Source: Pseudomonadota bacterium (GTDB lineage: Bacteria > Pseudomonadota > Gammaproteobacteria > Steroidobacterales > Steroidobacteraceae). Taken from it: a stretch of 64,000 nt of DNA. The notes below the pieces were generated by a model. The model did no database searches and had not been told where the DNA came from. It worked only from the letters and a program-made list of their open reading frames with translations. Made by a program: the position numbers and the translations under genes. Below are positions 27,901 to 35,815 of this stretch, piece by piece. Each line of letters begins with the position of its first letter. Position 1 is the stretch's first letter. The stretch lies in the NCBI GenBank assembly GCA_018240525.1, contig JAFEFN010000014.1, positions 108,487 to 172,486 of the forward strand, read 5' to 3'.

Positions 27901-28180
27901 CCCGGCCAACGGCGCACCGGCCCGCGGGCTGGAGCGCGTGAACGAGGACATCGCCCGGCTGTACGAGCAGGTCGGCAGCGCCGACGCGGCGCCGACCCGG
28001 GCACAGTCGGCCGCGGCGGCACGCGTGCTGGCCGAGTGCCAGTCCCTGCTGGCCTCCTCGGCCGGCATCTGGTCGCAGGAGCTGCCCGCGCTCAACGGCG
28101 CGCTGAAGAAGGCCCGCCTGCCGGCCGTGCGCAGCGAGGCGGTCCCGGAGGCGGGCGGCCAGAACCTCGACGAGGAGTAG
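24989..28180 (+). CDS. secreted VPS10/sortilin-type BNR (Asp-box) repeat protein, about 1060 aa
   Basis: In ORF 24461..28180. ATG at 24989 (MKVFLSTCCLL..) with a signal peptide. Repeated S-x-D-x-G-x-T-W Asp-boxes (TDDDGRTW, SVDGGKRW, SLDGGASW, STDGGEHW ..). Confidence 0.8.
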   Translation: MKVFLSTCCLLTAICVSSPGRADAQATASISQGLQWRLVGPHRGGRTRAITGVPGSPHTYLAGAVNGGVWRTDDDGRTWTPIFDAQPTQSIGAIAVAPSNASILYVGSGEGLHRPDLSVGTGMYRSVDGGKRWTHLGLDDAQQIPDVAVDPQDPNRVYVAVLGHPFGPSTQRGVYRSLDGGASWQQVLRADADTGASFVRIDPFDAQTLYAGLWNVRSGPWEDKNTYNGTKGGLFKSTDGGEHWRALKEGLPADLSQIDVAVAPSARGRLYATVATSAEGEYASADGLGVYRSDDGGEHWRVASTDPRPAMRIGGGDLPIIKVDPTNADVLFSVSIVMHRSADGGATWTPFKGAPGGDDYQNLWISPEGSQRIALVSDQGTVVTVNGGRTWSSWFNQPTAQLYHIGITPTYPYRLCSGQQESGSVCISSRGNDGEITYRDWHPVGVIEYGYVLPDPLDADVIYGAGRNVVTRTHLSTGQVQNITPLPLLGADDRVTRTEPILFAPQDPHRLYVAANRLYASSDAGNSWTPISGDLARPSAGSPPSVGDQLMPKAAEQRGAIYAVSASPVSRGLLWAGTDDGFLWVTHDEGGHWQNVTPPALTPWSKITQVEASHFDGQVAYVSVSRFRIDDLRPYIYRTRDGGSSWQLVTAGLPADAAVNAVREDPARRGLLFAATENAVWMSADDGEHWSSLQLNLPHTSMRDLAIHGQDLIVATHGRGFWILDDIGPLRALAGAAHGEPVLVRPAAAIRARRSTGSDTPIPPDEPTAPNPPSGAIIDYYLPRAAKEPLSIEVLDAGGRIVRVVRSTDRAGRSPEERAREMIPAYWIREPAPLATGAGAHRFVWDLHYATPRAVHRGYPISAVPHDTPQEPEGPLAVPGDYVVRLSIGKRHWDQPLSILPDPRVAASARDFAAQYALAQQLADALDASSEKVLQAKSMRTQLKALSAQGEAASAARALDARLQALLEPQPPANGAPARGLERVNEDIARLYEQVGSADAAPTRAQSAAAARVLAECQSLLASSAGIWSQELPALNGALKKARLPAVRSEAVPEAGGQNLDEE

Positions 28181-28187
28181 CGCCCCG

Positions 28188-31100
28188 CTACGGCCCGCTC
28201 AGCCCCCGCCACAGCGCGAGTTGCTTCTGAAGCTTCTCGTGCAGTGAGCGGTACAGCGCCTGCTGCTGCCGGGTGGGCGGTGTATCGGCGTCCTCGAGCG
28301 TCGCGGCGAAGGCGGCATACTGCTCGTTCAGCATGCCGGGGAAGGCGAGATTGGCTTCCGAGCCGTTCATGTTCACCTGCATGAGGGCCTCCTCGATCGC
28401 CCGCAGCTTCGCGTCCCGGGCCTGCGCATCCGGGGCACCCTTGAGCTTGGCGCGCGCCGCACGCAGGTCGTTCACCGTGCGGTGCAGGACATCGATGTCG
28501 TTGCGGGTCGCGAGCGCCAGCGCGGTCTTCTCGGCGATGGCCGCCTCGCTGTGCGGGACGCGCGGGTCGGCCACGACCCGCATTTCGGTCGTGCGGACCT
28601 TGTCCCCCAGGGTGAGCCGCACCTGGTAGCGACCGGGGGCGACGATGGGGCCGCGCGGCGCCTGGTCCTCGTAGAACGCACCGGGAATCTGCACCGGGTC
28701 GTCCCAGCGCAGGTCCCAGATCATGCGGTTCATGCCCGCGTTGGCCGGGATCAGGTCGCTGGCCACGATCCGGTCCGGCCACTCCGGCGGCTGCACTTCC
28801 TTGTTGGTCTTGGTGCTGGAGAGGTGGCGCACCAGGGCGCCCTTGGCGTCCAGGATGTCGATGGTCAGCTCCGTCGTCGGGGCGGCAGCGAGGACGTAGT
28901 CGATGATGGCCCCGGCGGGCGGGTTCTGTCCCACGGGACGGCGGGTGTTCACCTCGTCCGGATAGTACAGCCGCACCGCGTCCGCCGGCGCGTACAGCAC
29001 CGGCGCCTCGGCACCCGCCTGCGCCTGGCGCAGCGGCGTGAGGTCATCGAGGATCCAGAAGGCACGCCCGTGCGTGGCGGCCACCAGGTCGTAGCCGTTC
29101 ACGTCCAGATCGTGGATGGGCGAGACGGGCAGGTTCATCTGCAGCGAGGACCAGTGCGCACCGTCGTCGAAGGAGACGAACACGCCGAGCTCGGTGCCGG
29201 CATACAGCAGGCCGCGACGCACCGGGTCCTCGCGCACCACGTGCACCACCGCCCCCGGCGGCAGGCCGGCGGAGATGGCCGTCCAGGTCTTGCCGCCGTC
29301 GGTGGTCTTCCAGGCATAGGGGGCGATGTCATCGAGCTTGTGGCGGTCGACCGCGATGTAGGCCCGGGCGGCATCGAAGTGCGACGGCTCGGTCATGCTC
29401 ACCGTGCTCCAGGCCGGCATCTGCGCGGGCGTGACGTTGCGCCAGTGCGCCCCATCGTCCTCGGTCAGCTGCACCAGGCCATCGTCGGTGCCCACCCAGA
29501 GCTCGCCCTTGCGCAGGGGTGACTCGGCGAGCGCGAAGATGGTGTCGTAGTACTCCACGCTGGTGATGTCCTTGGTGAGCGGCCCGCCCGAGGCGGTCTG
29601 CTTGGACTTGTCGTTGCGGGTGAGGTCCGGGCTGATGATCTTCCAGCTCATGCCCTGGTCGGTGGACTTCCACACCACCTCCGAGGCGGCGTACAGACCG
29701 TCCGGGTCGTGCGGGGAGATCATCAGCGGGGCGGTCCAGTTGAAGCGGTGGTCGAGCTCGCTGGCCGGGTGGCCGGAGTTGTCGATCGGGTCGGGGCTGA
29801 TCGACTGCGCCTGCATGGCGTGCCGGTTGTAGCGCGCGTACTGGTTCTCCGCGCTGCTGTAGATGACCTGCGGGTCGCGAGGATCCGGGACCACGAATCC
29901 CGACTCGCCGCCGCCGGCGGGGAACCAGTTGCGCGGCCCGATCACGCCCTCGGCATCCGCACTGGCGGTGGCGAGGTTGGTGTTGTCCTGCTGCGCCCCG
30001 TAGACGTAGTAGGGATACTGGTGATCGGTGGCGACGTGGTAGAACTGGGCGGTCGGCTGGTTGTCCTGGGTCGACCAGGTCTTGCCGCCGTCGAGCGAGA
30101 CGCTGGCCCCGCCATCGTTGCCGTTGATGAGGGTGTTGGCGTTGTGCGGATCGATCCACAGCGCGTGGTGGTCGCCGTGGGTCGCCGGGACGAGCTCGAA
30201 GCTCTTGCCGCCGTCCACCGAGCGCAGCATGCCGGTGTTCAGCGCGTACACGGTGTCCAGCGCCTGGGGATCCGCGTAGATCTTGGAGAAGTACCAGGCC
30301 CGCTGGCGGATGCGCCCGTCATCGCTGACGCGGCGCCAGGTGGCGCCGGCATCGTCCGAGCGGTACAGCCCGCCCTCCTTCGCCTCGATCATCGCGTAGA
30401 CGCGCTTCGAGTCGAGGGGGGAGATCGCCACGTCGATGCGGCCGAGGATGCCGGCCGGCAGGCCGTTCCCCTTCAGCTGGCTCCAGGTGAGGCCCCCGTC
30501 GGTGGAGCGGTACAGCCCGCTGCCCGGGCCACCGCTCTCGAAGGTCCACGGCTGGCGCCGCACCTGCCAGAGGGCGGCGTACACGACCTTCGGGTTGTGT
30601 GGATCGGCCGCCAGGTCGATCGCACCGGTGCGCTCGTCCTTGTACAGCACCCGCGTCCAGCTCTTGCCGCCATCGGCGGTGCGGAAGACGCCGCGCTCGG
30701 TGTTCGGGCCGAAGGCGTGGCCGATGGCCGCCACCAGCACCACGTTCGGATCGTGCGGATCGACGATGAGGGCACCGATCTGGCGGGTATCCTCCAGCCC
30801 GATGTGAGTCCAGGTCGCCCCCGCGTCGGTGGACTTGAAGACGCCGCGGCCCCAGGTGACGTTGCCGCGCAGGTTTCCCTCGCCCGTGCCCACGTAGAGG
30901 ATGTTCGGGTCACTGGGCGCGACCGCGATGGCCCCGATGGAGGATGCCGGCACCGCATCGAAGATGGGATTCCAGGTGGCCCCGGCATCCACGCTCTTCC
31001 AGACCCCGCCGGCGGCGGCCCCGAAGTAGAAGGTGTTCGGCGCGCCCGGGACCCCGGTGACCGTGACCGCGCGGCCGCCCCTGAACGGCCCGATGCTGCG

Positions 31101-31220
31101 CCATTTCATCGCGCCGAAGGCCTGGTCGGGGACCGTGGCATCGGCGCCCGCAGCCGCGGCGGCGCAGGCGCAGGCCAGCATCGAACAAGCCAGAAGTGCA
31201 CGGGCGGTGTGGTGGATCAT
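28188..31220 (-). CDS. secreted VPS10/sortilin-type BNR repeat protein, paralog of 24989..28180
   Basis: In ORF 28188..31259. ATG at 31220 with an AGGA SD and signal peptide MIHHTARALLACSMLACACAAAAAGADA. Roughly half of N-terminal residues are identical to the neighbour by eye. Confidence 0.8.
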   Translation of the reverse strand: MIHHTARALLACSMLACACAAAAAGADATVPDQAFGAMKWRSIGPFRGGRAVTVTGVPGAPNTFYFGAAAGGVWKSVDAGATWNPIFDAVPASSIGAIAVAPSDPNILYVGTGEGNLRGNVTWGRGVFKSTDAGATWTHIGLEDTRQIGALIVDPHDPNVVLVAAIGHAFGPNTERGVFRTADGGKSWTRVLYKDERTGAIDLAADPHNPKVVYAALWQVRRQPWTFESGGPGSGLYRSTDGGLTWSQLKGNGLPAGILGRIDVAISPLDSKRVYAMIEAKEGGLYRSDDAGATWRRVSDDGRIRQRAWYFSKIYADPQALDTVYALNTGMLRSVDGGKSFELVPATHGDHHALWIDPHNANTLINGNDGGASVSLDGGKTWSTQDNQPTAQFYHVATDHQYPYYVYGAQQDNTNLATASADAEGVIGPRNWFPAGGGESGFVVPDPRDPQVIYSSAENQYARYNRHAMQAQSISPDPIDNSGHPASELDHRFNWTAPLMISPHDPDGLYAASEVVWKSTDQGMSWKIISPDLTRNDKSKQTASGGPLTKDITSVEYYDTIFALAESPLRKGELWVGTDDGLVQLTEDDGAHWRNVTPAQMPAWSTVSMTEPSHFDAARAYIAVDRHKLDDIAPYAWKTTDGGKTWTAISAGLPPGAVVHVVREDPVRRGLLYAGTELGVFVSFDDGAHWSSLQMNLPVSPIHDLDVNGYDLVAATHGRAFWILDDLTPLRQAQAGAEAPVLYAPADAVRLYYPDEVNTRRPVGQNPPAGAIIDYVLAAAPTTELTIDILDAKGALVRHLSSTKTNKEVQPPEWPDRIVASDLIPANAGMNRMIWDLRWDDPVQIPGAFYEDQAPRGPIVAPGRYQVRLTLGDKVRTTEMRVVADPRVPHSEAAIAEKTALALATRNDIDVLHRTVNDLRAARAKLKGAPDAQARDAKLRAIEEALMQVNMNGSEANLAFPGMLNEQYAAFAATLEDADTPPTRQQQALYRSLHEKLQKQLALWRGLSGP

Positions 31221-31296
31221 GGCGTTCCTGAGCGGCTGGGAAAGCGCCGAAGCATACACCCTTGCCCGCGCGGCGGCCGCCCGGCCGGGCGTGCGC

Positions 31297-31563
31297 TCAG
31301 CGCGGCCGGGTCCGCACGATGTCGATGCTCTCGGAGCCCGGGTCGAAGAAGATCTGGGCCTCGCCGCTGTCCAGCTGGGCCCGCACGTGCGCGATCTTCT
31401 GCTCGAGCGTGAATTCGCGCTCCCCGTAGTCGGTGCCCTCGCGCAGCACGAAGGACTCGATGACCCCGCGCAGCGCCTGCGCGGAGAGCTCCGCGTGCGG
31501 TACCGCGACCGGCTCGGGGTCCTCGGGGGCCGCCGGCCGCGCGGATCTTTCCTCCGGGCTCAC
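31297..31563 (-). CDS. YheU family (UPF0270) protein
   Basis: In-frame GTG at 31563 within ORF 31297..32013, overlapping the upstream stop (GTGA). VPHAELSAQALRGVIESFVLREGTDYGEREFTLEQKIAHVRAQLDSGEAQIFFDPGSESIDIV matches YheU. Confidence 0.7.
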   Translation of the reverse strand: MSPEERSARPAAPEDPEPVAVPHAELSAQALRGVIESFVLREGTDYGEREFTLEQKIAHVRAQLDSGEAQIFFDPGSESIDIVRTRPR

Positions 31564-32135
31564 GAGCTGCGCGTCCTGAAGGTGATGGAGTAGCGCAGCT
31601 CCCGGGTGGGCGAGACGGCGTGCTGCCACTGCCAGCGGGCCTCGTCGCGCAGCACGTACGCCGAGCGCGGCGCCAGCCCCAGGGCCAGCGCGGTGCGGGC
31701 CTCTGGCCGCGGGGGCCAGGCACGAAAGCGCAGTCGGGCGCGTCCCGGCAGCGAAACGCCCATGATCACCTCGAACTCCGGGACGTCGCGGTGCCAGCCG
31801 AGCGGCGTGCCGGGCGCGTACTCGGCGAGCATCGCATGGTGGATGCGCGCGGGCGAAAGGCCGGCGAGCGCTGCGACCCGCTCGCGCAGCGGCAGCAGGA
31901 ATGCCGGGATGGGAGGGGCGTCGCTGAGCGCCTGAAGGGTGAAATCGTAGCGGCCGCCGAAGCTCACGATGCGCCGCCGCGCGTGCCACTCCGGGTACTG
32001 CGCCTGCTGCCATGGCAGCGCGCCGATCCGCTCCAGAAGCTCCCCTTCCTCCGCCGCGCTGAGGAACTCCGGATGGTAGTGGAATCCTGGCAGCGCCTCG
32101 GCGGCCGTTCCGGCAAACAGTGCACCCTGCATCAT
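31560..32135 (-). CDS. AlkB-like Fe(II)/2-oxoglutarate-dependent dioxygenase
   Basis: In ORF 31560..32234. Has HxD (LGWHRDVPEF), a distal His (WQHAV) and RYSITFR 2OG-binding motifs. Start chosen at MMQGALF (32135) and is uncertain. Confidence 0.7.
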   Translation of the reverse strand: MMQGALFAGTAAEALPGFHYHPEFLSAAEEGELLERIGALPWQQAQYPEWHARRRIVSFGGRYDFTLQALSDAPPIPAFLLPLRERVAALAGLSPARIHHAMLAEYAPGTPLGWHRDVPEFEVIMGVSLPGRARLRFRAWPPRPEARTALALGLAPRSAYVLRDEARWQWQHAVSPTRELRYSITFRTRSS

Positions 32136-32264
32136 CCGCGGATTATGCATGCGCCGCTGAGCGTGCACGGCGCGCATTCGTGTCCATACAGTGGCGTGAT
32201 TGCGCCACGGCTGGATGGCGGCGCGGGCCTGCACGCCGGCGGTGCCGCCGCAGCCCGGGAAGTC

Positions 32265-32708
32265 TTAAGGGTGGGCAGCCTTCAGCAGCAGCTGCGCGCG
32301 CATCGCGGCCGGGTCCTCCAGCCGCTGCGCGCGGTAGCTTCCGACCTCCTGGGCGGTGAAGTCCGCGACACCGGCGGGCAGGGGCACGCCGCTCAGCTGG
32401 CGCATCATCCAGTTCAGCAGGGCCGCGATCTCGGCATCGGACAGCACCGACTGCGCGGTACCCGGAACCTGCACCAGGTAGCGGCGCCCGTCGGCTGTCT
32501 GCGCGAACGGGACCAGGGTATCGCGCAGCGAGGGGACCTTGCCCTGCGCACCCGAGCCGTCCTGGACGTGGCAGCCCATGCAGTTGAGCATGTAGTCGGT
32601 CTGCGGCTCGTCGGCGTGGCCGCGCGGGGCGACGCCGAGCAGCGCAACACAGGCGGGCACGGTGGCGAGCAGGGAGCGCAGCGCCCGGACGCTGCCGGGC
32701 AGGGTCAT
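32265..32708 (-). CDS. mono-haem c-type cytochrome (candidate electron acceptor of the amine dehydrogenase)
   Basis: In ORF 32265..32771. The ATG at 32708 overlaps the light-chain stop (ATGA). Signal peptide and a single CMGCH haem-binding motif. Confidence 0.75.
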   Translation of the reverse strand: MTLPGSVRALRSLLATVPACVALLGVAPRGHADEPQTDYMLNCMGCHVQDGSGAQGKVPSLRDTLVPFAQTADGRRYLVQVPGTAQSVLSDAEIAALLNWMMRQLSGVPLPAGVADFTAQEVGSYRAQRLEDPAAMRAQLLLKAAHP

Positions 32709-33214
32709 TTCGTCCCGACGATGCGCGCGACCGAGCAGTGGTAGGGCATCCCGACCTTGCTGCCGGCGCACCAGTCGTAGTCGTTCGCCCGGAACGGGGC
32801 GTAGATCGGCCGGTCACCCTCGTTGCGGTTGCACAGGCAGCGGCCGCAGCTGCCCTTCCCGCAGCAGTCGTTGTAGGACACGATGTAGTCCTTGGCATCG
32901 CCCGGGTTGTGACAGGTCCCGATCCAGGTCACCGCCGAGGGCTCGGTCCCCGGCGGACAGCTGTGCTGCGTGCCCCCGCAGCAGCTGCACAGGAAGCCGT
33001 CGATCGCGCAATGACGCCAGTAGTCGCAGCTGCTGGGATCTCCCGGGTCGCTGGCCGAGGGGGCCTTGGCCGCCGCGCCACGTGCCATGGGCAGCAGCGG
33101 GAAGGCCACCGCACCGGCCAGCACGAATCCCAGGCGCCCGAGCATGCCGCGCCGACTGGTGCGGCGCGCAAGATCGCGCGCCCCCTCCTCCATCCACCGA
33201 TCTACCAGCTTCAT
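32705..33214 (-). CDS. mauA: TTQ-dependent methylamine/aromatic amine dehydrogenase light (small) subunit
   Basis: ORF 32705..33214. Long twin-arginine leader (RRTSRRGMLGRLG), then CDYWRHCAIDGFLCSCCGG..CPPGTEPSAVTWIGTCHNP..YNDCCG..DYDWCAG..YHC. Both TTQ tryptophan contexts and the Cys-rich fold are present. Confidence 0.85.
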   Translation of the reverse strand: MKLVDRWMEEGARDLARRTSRRGMLGRLGFVLAGAVAFPLLPMARGAAAKAPSASDPGDPSSCDYWRHCAIDGFLCSCCGGTQHSCPPGTEPSAVTWIGTCHNPGDAKDYIVSYNDCCGKGSCGRCLCNRNEGDRPIYAPFRANDYDWCAGSKVGMPYHCSVARIVGTK

Positions 33215-33235
33215 GTCACAGGCTCCGGGAATTTC

Positions 33236-34405
33236 TCACGGCAAGAGCATCGTGGTCGGGGTCAGGCCGATGTCCGGCACGGTGCGCAGATGCTTGCCGG
33301 ATCGCGCATCGTAGACCTCCAGGTTGTGGCTGCCGATGAAGGTGGCGAGCAGCAGCGGCTTGTCGTCCTCGGTCACCTGGATCGAGCCGGCGGGGCTGGC
33401 GAGCGTGATCTTGCGCGTGCGCGCACCGGTCGCGGTGTCGAAGACCCAGACCTCGTTGCCCGGATCCTTGTGGGTGCCCTCGCCCCCCTGGTGCATGATG
33501 GCGTACAGCTCGTGCGTGCTGCGGTGGATGGCGAGGTGCTGCAGCCCCCCCGGCCGCCACTGCCGGCGCTCCTGCGCGCTCGTCAGCCACCAGCGCGGCC
33601 CGGCGGAGATCTCGCCCGCGGCGACCTTCAGCGGCAGCACCTGGCCCTTGAAGGACACGAACCAGTAGGTGTCGCCGCTGCGCACGCCCTTCTCGGTGAC
33701 CGGATCGTTCTCGGCATCGATCAGCTTCCCCGTATGCGCGCTGCCGGTGGCCTTGCCCTGCTCGTCGATGCCGACCTTCAGCAGCGAGCCATCCGCGCAG
33801 ATCGAGAAGAACGAGCGCGGCCCGGTCGGGTACACCAGGGCGCACCCGGCCGTGTCGAGTTCACCGACGAAGCGGCGGCTCTTGGTGTCGACGACACTGA
33901 CCGACTGCGCGGGCGTGAAGTTGTAGATGAGCAGGAATCGCTCGTCGTCGGTGAGCACCGAGGCGTTCACCATCGGCATGATCGCGGCCCGCTTGGGCGG
34001 GATCGGGACCTCGCCGGCCGGGCTGAGCGTCTTCGGGTCGTACAGCGTCACCACGTCGGTGCGCGCACCGCGCGTGCCGCGGGCAAAGTAGGTCTCCGGC
34101 GAGTACAGCACGTCGCTGGTGCGCGCCGGGACGACGCCGACGTAGCCGTAGCCGGTGCTGAGCATGCCGCGGAACTTTCCGGCATCGGCATCGATCAGGT
34201 ACGCACGCCCGTCGGCCATGTAGTCGAACACGACGTCGTTCACCCACACCCAGTGCGGACCGGGGTGCGCCGGCAACGCCGGCTCGTTCACCAGCGGCTC
34301 GACCGGCAGCTGGGCGAGCGCGGCGTGCCCCGCCGCCGCCAGCACCACCGCCGCGCACGCCAGGGCCCGGGGCCGCCCGCGGCGGCGCTGCTCAGCGCGC
34401 CACAT
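33236..34405 (-). CDS. mauB: methylamine/aromatic amine dehydrogenase heavy (large) subunit, beta-propeller
   Basis: ORF 33236..34405. Signal peptide and motifs HWVWVNDVVFDYMADGRAYLIDADAGKFRGML, ..THKDPGNEVWVFD.. typical of MADH/AADH heavy chains. Confidence 0.85.
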   Translation of the reverse strand: MWRAEQRRRGRPRALACAAVVLAAAGHAALAQLPVEPLVNEPALPAHPGPHWVWVNDVVFDYMADGRAYLIDADAGKFRGMLSTGYGYVGVVPARTSDVLYSPETYFARGTRGARTDVVTLYDPKTLSPAGEVPIPPKRAAIMPMVNASVLTDDERFLLIYNFTPAQSVSVVDTKSRRFVGELDTAGCALVYPTGPRSFFSICADGSLLKVGIDEQGKATGSAHTGKLIDAENDPVTEKGVRSGDTYWFVSFKGQVLPLKVAAGEISAGPRWWLTSAQERRQWRPGGLQHLAIHRSTHELYAIMHQGGEGTHKDPGNEVWVFDTATGARTRKITLASPAGSIQVTEDDKPLLLATFIGSHNLEVYDARSGKHLRTVPDIGLTPTTMLLP

Positions 34406-35807
34406 TGACGACCTGGATGGTGGTGTATTCCTTCAGGCCATCGACGTTGAACTCCACGCCCACGCCGGAGTTCTTGACCCCGCCGAACGGTGCCAGCGGG
34501 TGCAGCGAGCCATGCTGGTTCACCCAGGCGGTCCCGCACTCGAGCTGGCGCGCGTACTTGGCGGCCTCCTTGGGATCGTTGCCCCACACCGAGCCGCCGA
34601 GGCCCACGTCCAGGGAATTCGCGCGCTTGATGGCCTCGTCCACGGTCCGGTATTTCAGGATGGGCACGACCGGCCCGAACTGCTCTTCCTTGACCACCCG
34701 CATCTCGTCGGTCGCATCGGCGATGACGGTGAGGGGATAGAAGAACCCGGGTTCCTCCTTGCGCTTGCCGCCGAGGACCACCTTGGCGCCCCGTGCCCGG
34801 GCGTCCTCCACGTAGCCGATCACCTTATCCAGCTGCATGCGGTTGGAGACCGGCCCGATGAGGTTCTTCGGATCGAGGCCGTTGCCGACCGGTATGGCGG
34901 CGACAAACTCGGTGAAGCGCCGCACCACCTCGTCGTACTGGCTTTCATGGACGTACAGGCGCTTGAGCGCCGCGCAGGTCTGCCCTGCGTTGATGAAGCA
35001 GCCCCAGAAGAGCTTCTCCAGCAGCGGGCCGATGTCGGTGCCGGGCAGCACGACGCCCGCATCGTTGCCACCGAGCTCCAGGGTCACGCGCTTCACCCCG
35101 CTCTGCGAGGCGCTGCCCATGATCTTCTTGCCGGTGGCCACCGAGCCGGTGAACACGACCTTGTCGACCCCCGGATGGCTGGCCAGCTGCGAGCCCACCT
35201 CCGGACCGCCGGTCACGACGTTGACGACGCCCGGGGGCAGCACCTGGTTCATCAGCTCCACCAGGCGCAGCGTGGACAGCGGCGTGAACGGCGAGGGTTT
35301 GATGACCACCGTACAGCCGACCCGCACGGCCGGCATGACGTGCCACACCGCGATGATCAGGGGCCAGTTCCACGGCGTGATCGAGGCCACGACGCCGACC
35401 GGCTTGCGCTCGATGACGATGGAAGCGGTCTTGTCGTCCTGGACGGTCTCCGCGGACAGGCTCAGTCCGGCGGTGACGCGGGTCCAGGCGACCGCACCGC
35501 CGACCTCGAAGTTCGCGCCCGGGCCACTCTGGGTCTTGCCCTGCTCCCGGGTCACCAGCTCGGACAGTTCCGCGTGGTGCTGCTCGATCAGCGCGGCAAT
35601 CTCCATGAGCTTGGCGGCGCGCTCGGCATCGGGCACCGCGGACCACAGCGGCAGCGCGCGGCGCGCGCTGGCCACGGCCAGATCGACCAGTTCCGGGCTG
35701 CCCAGCGGACAGCGGGCCACCACCGACTCGTCCGCGGGGTTCACCACGTCGAAAGTCCCGGCGGCCTTGGCCGCCTTGCCGTCAATCGTCAGTACATACG
35801 CAGCCAT
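34392..35807 (-). CDS. NAD(P)-dependent aldehyde dehydrogenase
   Basis: ORF 34392..35807. ALDH motifs (ITPWNWP, VTLELGGNDA, INAGQTCAA, EEQFGPV). Overlaps the mauB-like start by 14 nt. Confidence 0.85.
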   Translation of the reverse strand: MAAYVLTIDGKAAKAAGTFDVVNPADESVVARCPLGSPELVDLAVASARRALPLWSAVPDAERAAKLMEIAALIEQHHAELSELVTREQGKTQSGPGANFEVGGAVAWTRVTAGLSLSAETVQDDKTASIVIERKPVGVVASITPWNWPLIIAVWHVMPAVRVGCTVVIKPSPFTPLSTLRLVELMNQVLPPGVVNVVTGGPEVGSQLASHPGVDKVVFTGSVATGKKIMGSASQSGVKRVTLELGGNDAGVVLPGTDIGPLLEKLFWGCFINAGQTCAALKRLYVHESQYDEVVRRFTEFVAAIPVGNGLDPKNLIGPVSNRMQLDKVIGYVEDARARGAKVVLGGKRKEEPGFFYPLTVIADATDEMRVVKEEQFGPVVPILKYRTVDEAIKRANSLDVGLGGSVWGNDPKEAAKYARQLECGTAWVNQHGSLHPLAPFGGVKNSGVGVEFNVDGLKEYTTIQVVNVAR

Positions 35808-35815
35808 GGGATGCC

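Noticed and set aside
32265-32708. Possibility that the cytochrome downstream of the light chain is MauG
   Set aside because: It has only one CxxCH motif and about 147 aa. MauG is a di-haem protein of about 380 aa.
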